Shown here: in pieces, positions 1 through 8,400 of the stretch
How the letters are laid out: the number at the start of each line of letters is the position of its first letter
How positions within the stretch are numbered: the first letter of the stretch is position 1
Assembly (NCBI RefSeq): GCF_004323595.1
Contig: NZ_AP019373.1
Span: 2,531,593 to 2,563,592, forward strand
DNA from: Sulfuricystis thermophila
GTDB lineage: Bacteria > Pseudomonadota > Gammaproteobacteria > Burkholderiales > Rhodocyclaceae
Direction: 5' to 3'
Length of the DNA stretch: 32,000 nucleotides
Program-made: the position numbers and the translations under genes
Notes under the pieces: generated by a model
Told to the model about the DNA's origin: nothing
Databases searched by the model: none
Seen by the model: the letters and a program-made list of their open reading frames with translations, nothing else

Positions 1-92
1 CAGACCTGACGGTCTGGGTCAAACGGTTCCGTTGCGGAACCGGAGGAGGAGACGTTGCAACTAAATTCAGTAACGGCCTTCAGGCCGGAAAA

Positions 93-650
93 TCAAGCAG
101 CCTTCTTCGCCTTCGGGGCGGCGGCACCGACGGCCTTGACGGTCGCAGATGTCGCGGCGGCGACGTTCGCTTCGGCCATCTCGGCGACTTGGCGGGCAGC
201 CTTGTTCATCGTTTCGTAGGCCGAGTTGGCGGCGGCCAGCGCAGACTTCACGGCAGCCACGGCGACATCGGAACCGGCGGGTGCGTTCTTGGCGGCCTTG
301 TCCAGCGCAGAGGCGACGTTCTTGTTGATCTCGGCGTATTGGCTGTCGAAGATCTTCGCGAACTCTTCCTGGGTCTGGCTGGCGATTTCATAGACGCTCT
401 TGGAGTAGGCGATGGCCTTCTCGATCGCCGGCTGCGCCAGGGAAGTTTGCAGGCTGATGAGTTCCTGCACGTCCTTCGCGCCCATCAGCGTCTTCGCGGT
501 GTTGACGCTGTCTTCCAGCAGGGTGCGGGCGGTGTTGAGGTTCAGCGCGGCGAGGCGCTCGGCGCTGGCGAAAGCGGTGTTGGCAATCGTCAGCAAGGTT
601 TCGACGTTGGCCTTCGTGGCACCGGCGAATTGTTCTGGGGTGGTGTACAT
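93..650 (-). CDS. phaP: phasin family protein (PHA granule-associated)
   Basis: ORF 93-719 trimmed to the internal ATG at 648-650 (MYTTPEQFAGATKANVETLL...). GGAGA Shine-Dalgarno lies 5-9 nt upstream on the coding strand. Ala/Lys-rich helical sequence with a KAKKAA tail is typical of betaproteobacterial phasins. Confidence 0.75.
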   Translation of the reverse strand: MYTTPEQFAGATKANVETLLTIANTAFASAERLAALNLNTARTLLEDSVNTAKTLMGAKDVQELISLQTSLAQPAIEKAIAYSKSVYEIASQTQEEFAKIFDSQYAEINKNVASALDKAAKNAPAGSDVAVAAVKSALAAANSAYETMNKAARQVAEMAEANVAAATSATVKAVGAAAPKAKKAA

Positions 651-734
651 GGCAATCTCCTGAAAAAGTTTGAAAGCGGGTGAGGCATGCGGCTGGGTTG
701 AGAAGAGCTTATGCTGCACTGCAATATGGCTTGA

Positions 735-762
735 ATTATATGGTGCGTTTCCGGGATGTCAA
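735..762 (-). promoter_or_regulatory. sigma-70 promoter for the phasin gene (TTGACA-16 nt-TATAAT)
   Basis: Read on the minus strand: TTGACA (757-762), 16-nt spacer, TATAAT (735-740). Both hexamers are perfect consensus, about 85 nt upstream of the phasin ATG. A TGC-rich near-palindrome (TGCAGTGCAGCA) lies just downstream. Confidence 0.6.
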
Positions 763-913
763 CCAATTTTTTGTGCATCGCAATAAAAATGGGTAAAGAA
801 AAATTTTACGGATGATATTCAATGGGTTATTGGTTATCCGGTGATGCCGGAAGCCGGCGGGCGGCGCGAGTGACGGTCGCCGCAGTGTGTTTGCTGCCCC
901 GCGAAAGAGGTGA

Positions 914-1456
914 CTATCGGGGGATGGCCGATTTCGCGTTCTTCGGCTGAATGATCGCTGTGACACGGCCATCCGTGCTCGACGGGCTGCTGCCAGGCGC
1001 GGCGGTGACCAGATACTGCTCGGTCTTGCCGTCGTAGGAGATGTAATGGCCACGCACCTCGTCGCTGCCGCTTTTCACCCAGGCGCGGTTGAAGAACTCG
1101 GCCTTTTCGCTTTTCGCGTCGTACTCGATGCGCTCGGCTTCGCCCTCGATCCATTCGTCCTTGCCTTCCCGCTTTTGACGCAGCCGCGCCAGGCCGTTCT
1201 CGCCGCCGGTCGCGACCCCTTTCTGGAAGCCGGCGTCATCCTGGGTGACGACCAGTTTCGCGGTGCGGATCATCAAGGTCCCTTGCGTCAGCACCACGTT
1301 GCCCTCGAAGACGTGGATGCGCTTGGCATCATCGACGGTGACCCGCGCGGCTTCCAGATGCACCGGTTTGTCGCGGTCGGCGCGTTCTGCGAGCGCATCG
1401 GCAGCAACGTGAGAAGCCAGCAGGACGAAAATCGTGAGGGACAGGGTGCGGTTCAT
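914..1456 (-). CDS. lptA: LPS transport periplasmic protein LptA
   Basis: Signal peptide MNRTLSLTIFVLLASHVAA followed by OstA-like repeats ([10 protein letters not shown]....VFEGNVVLTQGTLMIRTAKLVV). Starts 1 nt after the lptC stop. kdsD-kdsC-lptC-lptA synteny. Confidence 0.85.
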   Translation of the reverse strand: MNRTLSLTIFVLLASHVAADALAERADRDKPVHLEAARVTVDDAKRIHVFEGNVVLTQGTLMIRTAKLVVTQDDAGFQKGVATGGENGLARLRQKREGKDEWIEGEAERIEYDAKSEKAEFFNRAWVKSGSDEVRGHYISYDGKTEQYLVTAAPGSSPSSTDGRVTAIIQPKNAKSAIPR

Positions 1457-1457
1457 G

Positions 1458-2144
1458 TCAGCGTCTGGAAGAAGAAGGTTTCGACTTGGTCTTGGCGCCT
1501 GCTTTCGGCGGGGCGGCGGAACGGGAAACCGGCGCCGGTCGTGCTGTGCGGGTCGAGGTAGGCGTCGCTGCCGTGCGGAAGAATACCCCTTCCACCGGCC
1601 CTTCGAGGGCGTAGATCAGGCTTTTCTGGTCGACGCTCATGCCGCCTTCGCCACGGAGGCGCGAGGCACCCTGGGTGATCGTGACGGGGAGCGTTGATTT
1701 CGCGAGCTCGTCGTCGGGCCAGACATCCATGCGCGCGGTGGTCAGCGTGGTTTCCGGCTTACCCGCCACACCTGCACGCGTCACGCGCACATCGTCGATC
1801 AGCGCGACGTGTTCGCCACGGCTCGAGATGCGCGCCTCGCGTGCGACCAGGGTCGTGGGGGGCGGACGATGCCAGACGATGCGCGGCTCAAACACCACGG
1901 CAGTGTCGTCGTCTGGGTAATGGACCATCTGCCGCGCAGTCAGCGTGTGTTGCAGCGCGCCGAGCGGATCGAAGCGGCGCACCTCGAAATTTTCCACGAT
2001 GGTGTCCGGATCGTGGCGCAGCTTGCCGCCAGAGGCTGTTTCCGGTATGCGGCTGGCGAGTTCGAGCCAGTAACTCAATGCAGCGAGAACGCCCACCAAC
2101 AGCAGCGGGAACAGGTTGGTGGTCGGGGAAAGGCGGGTCGCCAT
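1458..2144 (-). CDS. lptC: LPS export system protein LptC
   Basis: ORF 1458-2363 trimmed to ATG 2142-2144 (MATRLSPTTNLFPLLLVGVLAALSYWL, a single N-terminal membrane anchor). Position between kdsC and lptA. Ends in an Ala/Pro/Ser/Lys-rich tail. Confidence 0.75.
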   Translation of the reverse strand: MATRLSPTTNLFPLLLVGVLAALSYWLELASRIPETASGGKLRHDPDTIVENFEVRRFDPLGALQHTLTARQMVHYPDDDTAVVFEPRIVWHRPPPTTLVAREARISSRGEHVALIDDVRVTRAGVAGKPETTLTTARMDVWPDDELAKSTLPVTITQGASRLRGEGGMSVDQKSLIYALEGPVEGVFFRTAATPTSTRTARPAPVSRSAAPPKAGAKTKSKPSSSRR

Positions 2145-2149
2145 GAGTA

Positions 2150-2671
2150 TCAGGCCAGGTAAGGCGCCACGACGCGATCCCAATTGCCTTGGGCGCGCAG
2201 GATCAACTCGCAGACTTCGCGCACCGCCCCCCTGCCTGCCGGCGCCTGGGTGACATAGGCGACGTGTTCCCGCACCAGCGGATGGCCATCCGGGACGGTG
2301 GCGGAAAAGCCGCAGACTTTCAACAGCGGCAGGTCGATCAGATCGTCGCCCATGTAGCCGCACTGCGCCATCGTCAGATGCTCGCGCTCCAGCAACGACG
2401 CCATCGCTTCGCGCTTGTCCTCGATGCCCTGCAGGACCAGACCGATGCCGAGGTTGGCGGCGCGCCGCGTGACGATCGGCGAATCGCGGCCGGTGATGAT
2501 CGCGAGCTTGACGCCCGATTTGGCGAGCAGTTTCAGACCCAGCCCGTCACGGCTGAAAAAAGCCTTGCAGAAATCGCCCTCGGTACTGAAGTAAAGCCGG
2601 CCGTCGGTCATCACACCGTCGATGTCGAAGCCCATCAGACGAACCTTTGCGGCCTGTTCGAAGACGTTCAT
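2150..2671 (-). CDS. kdsC: 3-deoxy-D-manno-octulosonate 8-phosphate phosphatase
   Basis: HAD-IIIA motifs FDIDGVMTDG, AIITGR and GDDLIDL. 173 aa. Sits directly after kdsD with a 1-nt overlap. Confidence 0.9.
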   Translation of the reverse strand: MNVFEQAAKVRLMGFDIDGVMTDGRLYFSTEGDFCKAFFSRDGLGLKLLAKSGVKLAIITGRDSPIVTRRAANLGIGLVLQGIEDKREAMASLLEREHLTMAQCGYMGDDLIDLPLLKVCGFSATVPDGHPLVREHVAYVTQAPAGRGAVREVCELILRAQGNWDRVVAPYLA

Positions 2672-3654
2672 CAGACGACCTTGGCGCGAAACAAATCATG
2701 CATGTTGAGCGCGCCGAGCAACCGGCCAGCCGGATCGGTGACGAGCAGCTGATTCACCTTGTGGCGCTCCATGATCTCGACCGCCTCGACGGCCAGCCGT
2801 TCCGGGCCGATGGTGCGCGGATTGCGGCTCATCAGCGCGCCGACCTGGACCTGGCGCAAGTCGCCGAGCCTTTCCATTGCGCGGCGCAGGTCGCCATCGG
2901 TGAAGATGCCCGTCACCCGCCCGTCGGCATCGAGCACCACGGCCATGCCCATGCCGCCGCGCGAGATCGCGGCGAGCACCGTCGGGATGAGCGTGTCGCT
3001 GGCCACCGTCGCCACCCGTTCGAGCGGTTGCATCACGTCGCGCACATGGGTGAGGAGCTTTCTGCCCAGCGCCCCGCCAGGGTGGGAACGGGCGAAATCG
3101 CTCGCTGAAAAGCCTCGTGCATCGAGGAGCGCCACTGCCAGCGCATCGCCCAAGGCCAGCGCGGCCGTGGTGCTCGCCGTGGGCGCGAGGTTGAGCGGGC
3201 AGGCTTCCTCATCGACACGCGCGTCGAGATGCACGTCGGCCTCGCGGGCCAGCGATGAGGCCGGGTTGCCGGTGATTGCGATCAGCTTGCCACCCTGGCG
3301 CTTGACGAGCGGCACGATGGTCAACAGTTCGTCGTTCTCGCCGGAGTTGGAGATGGCAATCAGCACATCGTCGCGCGCGATCATGCCGAGATCGCCATGC
3401 ACCGCTTCCGCGGCATGAACGAAATAGGCCGGTGTGCCCGTGGAGGCCATCGTTGCGGCGATCTTGCGCGCGATGTGCCCGGATTTGCCTAGCCCACTGA
3501 CGATGGTGCGGCCATGACTGCCGAGGATCAGGTCGACGGCGAGCACGAAGCTGTCGTCGAGGCGATCGGCGAGCTTCCATATCGCTTCGGCTTCGATGCT
3601 CAGCACGCGGCGCGCGAGCGCGATCAGGTGTTCGGCGGGAGGGATGGCGGTCAT
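2671..3654 (-). CDS. kdsD: arabinose-5-phosphate isomerase (SIS + tandem CBS)
   Basis: SIS motif GLGKSGHIARKIAATMASTGTPAYFVH and C-terminal CBS pair. Start is ambiguous: ATG at 3652-3654 (MTAIPPAEH...) is preferred over the track start (GTG, 3696) by N-terminal length comparison with KdsD. Confidence 0.85.
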   Translation of the reverse strand: MTAIPPAEHLIALARRVLSIEAEAIWKLADRLDDSFVLAVDLILGSHGRTIVSGLGKSGHIARKIAATMASTGTPAYFVHAAEAVHGDLGMIARDDVLIAISNSGENDELLTIVPLVKRQGGKLIAITGNPASSLAREADVHLDARVDEEACPLNLAPTASTTAALALGDALAVALLDARGFSASDFARSHPGGALGRKLLTHVRDVMQPLERVATVASDTLIPTVLAAISRGGMGMAVVLDADGRVTGIFTDGDLRRAMERLGDLRQVQVGALMSRNPRTIGPERLAVEAVEIMERHKVNQLLVTDPAGRLLGALNMHDLFRAKVV

Positions 3655-3716
3655 GGCAAGGGGGCGGTTATGATTGCTGGAAATTATAACCGCCACCCCT
3701 TCCCGACAGACCCCGC

Positions 3717-5687
3717 ATGACCCTGCACCTGATCCTGCTGCTCTTGGCCGCCGTCGTGCTCGCCGTCGTCGCCTGCCGCAGCCTCAATCTTCCGCCGATC
3801 CTCGGCTATCTGCTGGTCGGCGCGCTCGCCGGCCCGCATGCGCTCGGCATGTTGCCGGACACCGCCAGTGCGCGCCGCCTGGCCGAATTCGGTGTCGTCT
3901 TCCTGATGTTCACGATCGGTCTGGAATTCTCGCTGCCACGCCTGTTTGCGATGCAGCGGATCGTCTTCGGACTGGGGCTCCTCCAGGTGCTGGCGACGAT
4001 GCTCGCCGTCGCCGCCGGGGCGATGCTCTGGGGTGTCGCCTGGCAGGCGAGCCTTGCCTTGGGCGGCGCCCTCGCGATGTCTTCGACGGCCATCCTTTCC
4101 AAACTGCTGGCCGACCGGCGCGAACTCGACGCGCCCCACGGCCGCGAGGTGATCGGTGTGCTGCTGTTCCAGGATCTCGCCGTAGTGCCGCTCTTGGTGC
4201 TGATCCCCGCGCTTTCGCAGCCGCTCGATGCCTTGGCCGGCGAGGTGGCTTGGGCGCTCGCGAAGGCGGCGCTGCTGCTGGCGCTGGTGCTGTTCGTCGG
4301 CCAGCGGCTGATGCGCGCCTGGTTCGGCCTCGTGGCGCGACGCAAATCCGGCGAGCTGTTCATGCTCAATGTGCTGTTGGTGACGCTCGGCTTCGCCACC
4401 CTGACTGAAGTGGCGGGATTGTCGCCTGCGCTGGGGGCGTTCGTCGCCGGCATGCTCATTTCCGAAACGGAATACCGCTACCAGGTCGAGGAAGACATCA
4501 AGCCGTTCCGCGACGTGCTGCTCGGCCTGTTCTTCGTCTCCACCGGCATGCTGCTCGATCCGGTGGCGATCTGGAACGATGCCGGGCGCCTGGCTACGCT
4601 GCTGGCGCTGCTGCTGGCGGCCAAGCTGATCGTCGCCGCCGGGCTGTCACGCCTGCTCGGCAGTGCGCCAGGCACGGCGCTGCGTACCGGCTTGTGGCTC
4701 TGTACCGCGGGCGAATTCGGCTTCGTGCTGGTGGTGCTGGCGACCGATGCCGGGCTGGTCGATGCCGTGCTGATCCAGCCGGTGCTTGCAGCGATGGTGT
4801 TGTCGATGATCGTCGCGCCGCTGATCGTGCATTTTTCGGATCGCCTCGTCTTGCGCTTCGTCGCTTCGGAATGGCTGACACGTTCGTTGCAACTGACGCA
4901 AATCGCGGCTCGGACCGTGGCCACCGAAAAGCACGCGATCCTCTGCGGCTACGGCAAGACGGGCCAGCATCTGGCGCGTTTCCTGGAAACGGAAAACATC
5001 GGCTACATGGCGCTCGACCTCGATCCCGAACGCGTGCGCGAAGCCGCTGCTGCCGGCGAGCCAGTCGCCTGGGGCGATTGCACGCGACGCGAGAACCTGC
5101 TGGCCGCGGGGATCACCCGTGCCAGCGTGCTGGTGGTCACCTTTGCCGACATCGACACGACCTTGCGACTCGCCGAACGCGTGCGTGAGCTGCGTCCCGA
5201 TCTGGCAATCGTCGCCCGGGCGCGCGAAGAGGAAGACGTCGAAAAGCTCTATGCCGCCGGGGTGGCCGAGGTGGTGCCCGAGGCGCTGGAATCCTCAGTG
5301 ATGCTCGCTACCCATGCGCTGGCGCTCACCGGCGTGCCGATGCACCGGGTCGTGCGGCGCCTGCGCGAGTTGCGTGAGCAGCATTACGCGCTGCTGCGCG
5401 GCTTCTTCCACGGCGCGACGGATGCGACCGAAGGGCTTGCCGATGCGGAACTGCCGCGGCTGCATGCCGTCACCCTCGATGCCTGCGCCTGGGCGGTGGG
5501 GCGACGCATCGCTGAGCTGGAGCTGGAGAAAGTCGGCGCTGGCGTGACGGCACTTCGGCGCCGCAGCCAGCCGGGTGTGTCTGTGGGTGGGGCGACGGTG
5601 CTCGAAGCGAACGACGTCGTGGTGCTGCGCGGCAGCGCAGCCGCGGTGGCGGCGGGGGAAGAGCTTTTGCTGCGCGGCCCGAAATGA
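3717..5687 (+). CDS. monovalent cation:proton antiporter-2 (CPA2, Kef/YbaL-type) with TrkA-N/TrkA-C domains
   Basis: About 12 hydrophobic helices in the N-terminal 380 aa. Then a Rossmann GxGxxG segment (ILCGYGKTGQHLARFL) and a C-terminal TrkA-C-like region. Confidence 0.8.
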   Translation: MTLHLILLLLAAVVLAVVACRSLNLPPILGYLLVGALAGPHALGMLPDTASARRLAEFGVVFLMFTIGLEFSLPRLFAMQRIVFGLGLLQVLATMLAVAAGAMLWGVAWQASLALGGALAMSSTAILSKLLADRRELDAPHGREVIGVLLFQDLAVVPLLVLIPALSQPLDALAGEVAWALAKAALLLALVLFVGQRLMRAWFGLVARRKSGELFMLNVLLVTLGFATLTEVAGLSPALGAFVAGMLISETEYRYQVEEDIKPFRDVLLGLFFVSTGMLLDPVAIWNDAGRLATLLALLLAAKLIVAAGLSRLLGSAPGTALRTGLWLCTAGEFGFVLVVLATDAGLVDAVLIQPVLAAMVLSMIVAPLIVHFSDRLVLRFVASEWLTRSLQLTQIAARTVATEKHAILCGYGKTGQHLARFLETENIGYMALDLDPERVREAAAAGEPVAWGDCTRRENLLAAGITRASVLVVTFADIDTTLRLAERVRELRPDLAIVARAREEEDVEKLYAAGVAEVVPEALESSVMLATHALALTGVPMHRVVRRLRELREQHYALLRGFFHGATDATEGLADAELPRLHAVTLDACAWAVGRRIAELELEKVGAGVTALRRRSQPGVSVGGATVLEANDVVVLRGSAAAVAAGEELLLRGPK

Positions 5688-5689
5688 AG

Positions 5690-5710
5690 CGGCCCGCGCA
5701 AGGCGGGCCG
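5690..5710. terminator. GC-rich hairpin between convergent genes (possible bidirectional terminator)
   Basis: CGGCCCGC-gcaag-GCGGGCCG 8-bp stem, 3 nt after the antiporter stop and about 20 nt from the pilin-like gene stop. It is followed by an A-run on the plus strand (a T-run upstream of the hairpin on the minus strand), so it is non-canonical in both directions. Confidence 0.4.
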
Positions 5711-5731
5711 AAAAAATCGTAGAAAAAATGA

Positions 5732-6427
5732 TCAGAGGCTCATACAAACCGTGTAGGTGGCTGCAGGATCGACGGCCGTCGTACAAGCGGCCGGTGATCC
5801 TGCCACGGCACAGTGCGCCGTGTTCTGGCGAGTCGTTGGCGCGCCTGGCACCGCACGCATCGAACCGGTGAAAGGATTACCGTCATCCATCGTCGTATCG
5901 AGTTGCAGCACGAATTTGCCAAGAATACCCCTGGAACAGACGATGAAAGTGCCCGTCAAGCCGCTGATGTATTGCTGTGCAGGCGTGGCACTGCCTGACT
6001 CGATGCCGATGCGGCCGCCATCAGCATTGGTAGGGAAGTAGGACGGATCAGCCAAATTCGTTGGGCCGGAAGCCAGATTGGCAAGACGCACATGCTGCCA
6101 GAAAACCACACTTTCAGGCGCAGTCGCACTCACATCACTGGAGAACCAGTCTCCTTCGATGACCCCATTGCCAAGAGTGCCACCAGCTCCCGGCTGAGCG
6201 CCGGTGCCGAGATGAGCGGCAACGTTGGCATCGTCGCCGGGTAAAGCGCGAAATTTGTCCTGATAGCCGTAGATGAAGAGGGGAATGTTGCGGAAGTCCT
6301 GGGCAAAATTTTTCACTTTGGCGCTGTTGATCAGTTCTTGACCCTTCAGCACGCCGCCCAGCAGCAGGCCGATGATGACCAAGACGATGGCGATCTCGAC
6401 CAGGGTGAAACCGGCCTGTCTTTTCAT
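5732..6427 (-). CDS. prepilin-type N-terminal cleavage/methylation domain protein (type IV pilin / pseudopilin-like)
   Basis: ORF 5732-6502 trimmed to ATG 6425-6427, preceded by GGAG. N-terminus MKRQAGFTLVEIAIVLVIIGLLLGG is a class III signal (G|F cleavage site, Glu at +5). The rest is Gly/Ala/Thr-rich with C-terminal Cys residues. Confidence 0.75.
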   Translation of the reverse strand: MKRQAGFTLVEIAIVLVIIGLLLGGVLKGQELINSAKVKNFAQDFRNIPLFIYGYQDKFRALPGDDANVAAHLGTGAQPGAGGTLGNGVIEGDWFSSDVSATAPESVVFWQHVRLANLASGPTNLADPSYFPTNADGGRIGIESGSATPAQQYISGLTGTFIVCSRGILGKFVLQLDTTMDDGNPFTGSMRAVPGAPTTRQNTAHCAVAGSPAACTTAVDPAATYTVCMSL

Positions 6428-6466
6428 TGTATTTGCTCCACCAAAAGTCATAGGCAAGTCAGAAAA

Positions 6467-6482
6467 AGCACGATTTGTGCCA
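6467..6482 (-). promoter_or_regulatory. candidate sigma-54 (-24/-12) promoter for the pilin-like gene
   Basis: Minus strand reads TGGCAC-aaatc-GTGCT (GG and GC correctly spaced), 40-55 nt upstream of the ATG at 6427. Confidence 0.5.
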
Positions 6483-6672
6483 ATACTATCGCCGCAAAGC
6501 ATATTCCGGAATCAAGCCTTCGAGGAGCGAAACACAAGCGCAATTCTGGACCAGTTTCCGATCGGACTTCGATCGCTGCAGAGGGGTATGTGACGAAAAA
6601 TCGACGCTGCGTCGAAAGCTTGACAGATCAGGATGGCCATAGAATGTGTCCACCAACGTTTTCAGAGGCGGC

Positions 6673-8400
6673 ATGTCCCTGGTTCGTACCATAGTCCGGC
6701 GTCGCTGGATATTCCTGGCGTTCTTGGCGGCGCTGCATCTGGTTTTCGTGCTCGGACCCGAAAACTTGATCGCCCGCTGGCTCTTCCTTTCCCACATCGG
6801 GCTCGGCCTACTTTGGCAGCCGTTCGTTCAACCACGCCGGCGGTTGACAGCGGAAAGCGCGGTCGTCGTCGTCTGCGCAGCGGCTCTGCTCGCCTGGCTC
6901 CTCGACTGGGGCATCCTGCTCATCTGGACGGTGCTCCTCGCCGGTGTCGTCGGCGGCAAGGTGTTCGTATTTCCTGATCGCTGGGAGCGCATTTTCCATC
7001 TGGCCGGGCTGGGCTACCTCGTCATGGTCGTGCTGGTGCGAGTGCTGCCGGCCGCCGTGAGCGCCCATGTGTCACTCGACATCCTGCCCGGGGAGCTCGC
7101 CAACCTGCTGGCAACCCTGATCCTGGTTTTCATGGCGCTCCTGCCGCTACGGCAGGGAACGCTCGAAGAGCGTGCCGAGATCGTCGATTTCATTTACGGC
7201 ATGTTCGTCGTACTGCTGTTGACCGTGTTGGTGTTGGGCAGCCTCAGCTTCTCGCTGCTGTACAAGGTTGGCTACCTCGAGTCGATTCTGATCACCCTCG
7301 GCGCAGTCGCCGGGCTGCTGCTGTTGCTCGCCTTCATCTGGAATCCCCGCGCCGGTTTCGTCGGCTTGGGAACTGCAGTGGCTCAGCATGTGTTCTCGCT
7401 CGGCCTGCCGGTCGAGGAGTGGCTGCAATCCCTGGCCGAGTTGAGCCGCCTGGAAGCGGATCCCGAGCGCTTTTTATCACTGGCTTGCGCAGAGCTGCCC
7501 AGGCGCCTGCCCGGCGTGCGGGGGGGGCGTTGGTCGGTTGCTGGCGCACAAGGAGAGTTTGGTGAGTTGCACGGACATTGCACCCGCTATGTCCATGCTG
7601 GCCTGACGCTCGAACTGGTGACGCACGGAGAACCCAGCCCTGCACTACGCTGGCACCACGACCTGATCGTGCGTCTCTTGGCCGAGTTCTATCTGGGCAA
7701 ATGGCGTGCCCGCGAGCTGCAGCGTCTGTCCTATATCGAGGCCATCCACGAAACGGGCGCACGTCTCACCCATGACGTGAAAAACCTGCTGCAATCGCTC
7801 GACACCCTCTGCGCGGCAGCCAACGAGGCGGGAGCGCCCCCCTCTCCCCGCTTTACCGCGCTGTTGCGCCGCCAGTTACCGGAGATCTCCGCCCGTCTGC
7901 GCCAGACGCTGAACAAGTTGGTCGAGCCTGGCAAACAGCTGCAGCCGGCCGAACTGCCGCAAACGGCGATGGAATGGCTCGCATCGTTGGAAAAGCGTTA
8001 CGCGGATGACGCCACGCAGATCCGCGGCGACGGCGATCTCGCGGCATGCCGCCTGGAAGCCCCGGCGCTGTTTTTCAGCGTCGCCGAAAATTTGTTGCAA
8101 AACATCGCCGCCAAGCGGCGGCGCGAGCCTGGTCTCAAAGCAAGCGTGCGCCTGTTAGGCCTACCGGAAGGAGCATGTCTCGAAATCTGCGACGATGGCG
8201 CGGCCATTCCGGACGCCTTGGCGCAGCGGCTGCTGCGCGAACGCGTGGTTTCCGAAGACGGCTTGGGTATCGGGCTTTATCAATGCGCCCGTCAGGCGGA
8301 ACAGGCTGGCTACCGCCTGAGTCTCCTGGAAAACAGGGCGGGCCGGGTGTGCTTCCGGCTAGAACCGGCACCGGCGCTCGAACCGGCTTCAGGCGGATGA
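6673..8400 (+). CDS. multi-pass membrane sensor histidine kinase (orphan, no adjacent response regulator)
   Basis: N-terminal ~270 aa consists of repeated hydrophobic segments. H-box ARLTHDVKNLLQSL, N-box ENLLQNIAAK, G-boxes CDDGAAIP and GLGIGLY. Start is either ATG 6673 (AGAGG upstream) or GTG 6646 as in the track. Confidence 0.75.
   Translation: MSLVRTIVRRRWIFLAFLAALHLVFVLGPENLIARWLFLSHIGLGLLWQPFVQPRRRLTAESAVVVVCAAALLAWLLDWGILLIWTVLLAGVVGGKVFVFPDRWERIFHLAGLGYLVMVVLVRVLPAAVSAHVSLDILPGELANLLATLILVFMALLPLRQGTLEERAEIVDFIYGMFVVLLLTVLVLGSLSFSLLYKVGYLESILITLGAVAGLLLLLAFIWNPRAGFVGLGTAVAQHVFSLGLPVEEWLQSLAELSRLEADPERFLSLACAELPRRLPGVRGGRWSVAGAQGEFGELHGHCTRYVHAGLTLELVTHGEPSPALRWHHDLIVRLLAEFYLGKWRARELQRLSYIEAIHETGARLTHDVKNLLQSLDTLCAAANEAGAPPSPRFTALLRRQLPEISARLRQTLNKLVEPGKQLQPAELPQTAMEWLASLEKRYADDATQIRGDGDLAACRLEAPALFFSVAENLLQNIAAKRRREPGLKASVRLLGLPEGACLEICDDGAAIPDALAQRLLRERVVSEDGLGIGLYQCARQAEQAGYRLSLLENRAGRVCFRLEPAPALEPASGG

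Noticed and set aside
1-92. Three short hairpins (1-16, 25-41, 74-87) downstream of the phasin gene
   Set aside because: The stems are only 5-6 bp without convincing U-tracts, and the region lies at the window edge. They may be terminators but cannot be assigned.
3663-3694. 9-bp inverted repeat GGCGGTTAT-N14-ATAACCGCC in the kdsD/antiporter divergent spacer
   Set aside because: It could be an operator. It is short, isolated, and overlaps the alternative kdsD start, so the evidence is insufficient to call a site.
3674-4459. Alternate-frame and antisense ORFs over the antiporter gene (3674-4408 +, 3806-4459 -, 3684-4139 -)
   Set aside because: Arg/Ala/Pro-rich shadows. The 3717-5687 frame gives a coherent polytopic transporter.
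6620-6645. TTGACA ... TAGAAT as the histidine kinase promoter
   Set aside because: The spacer is only 14 nt, too short for a functional sigma-70 promoter.
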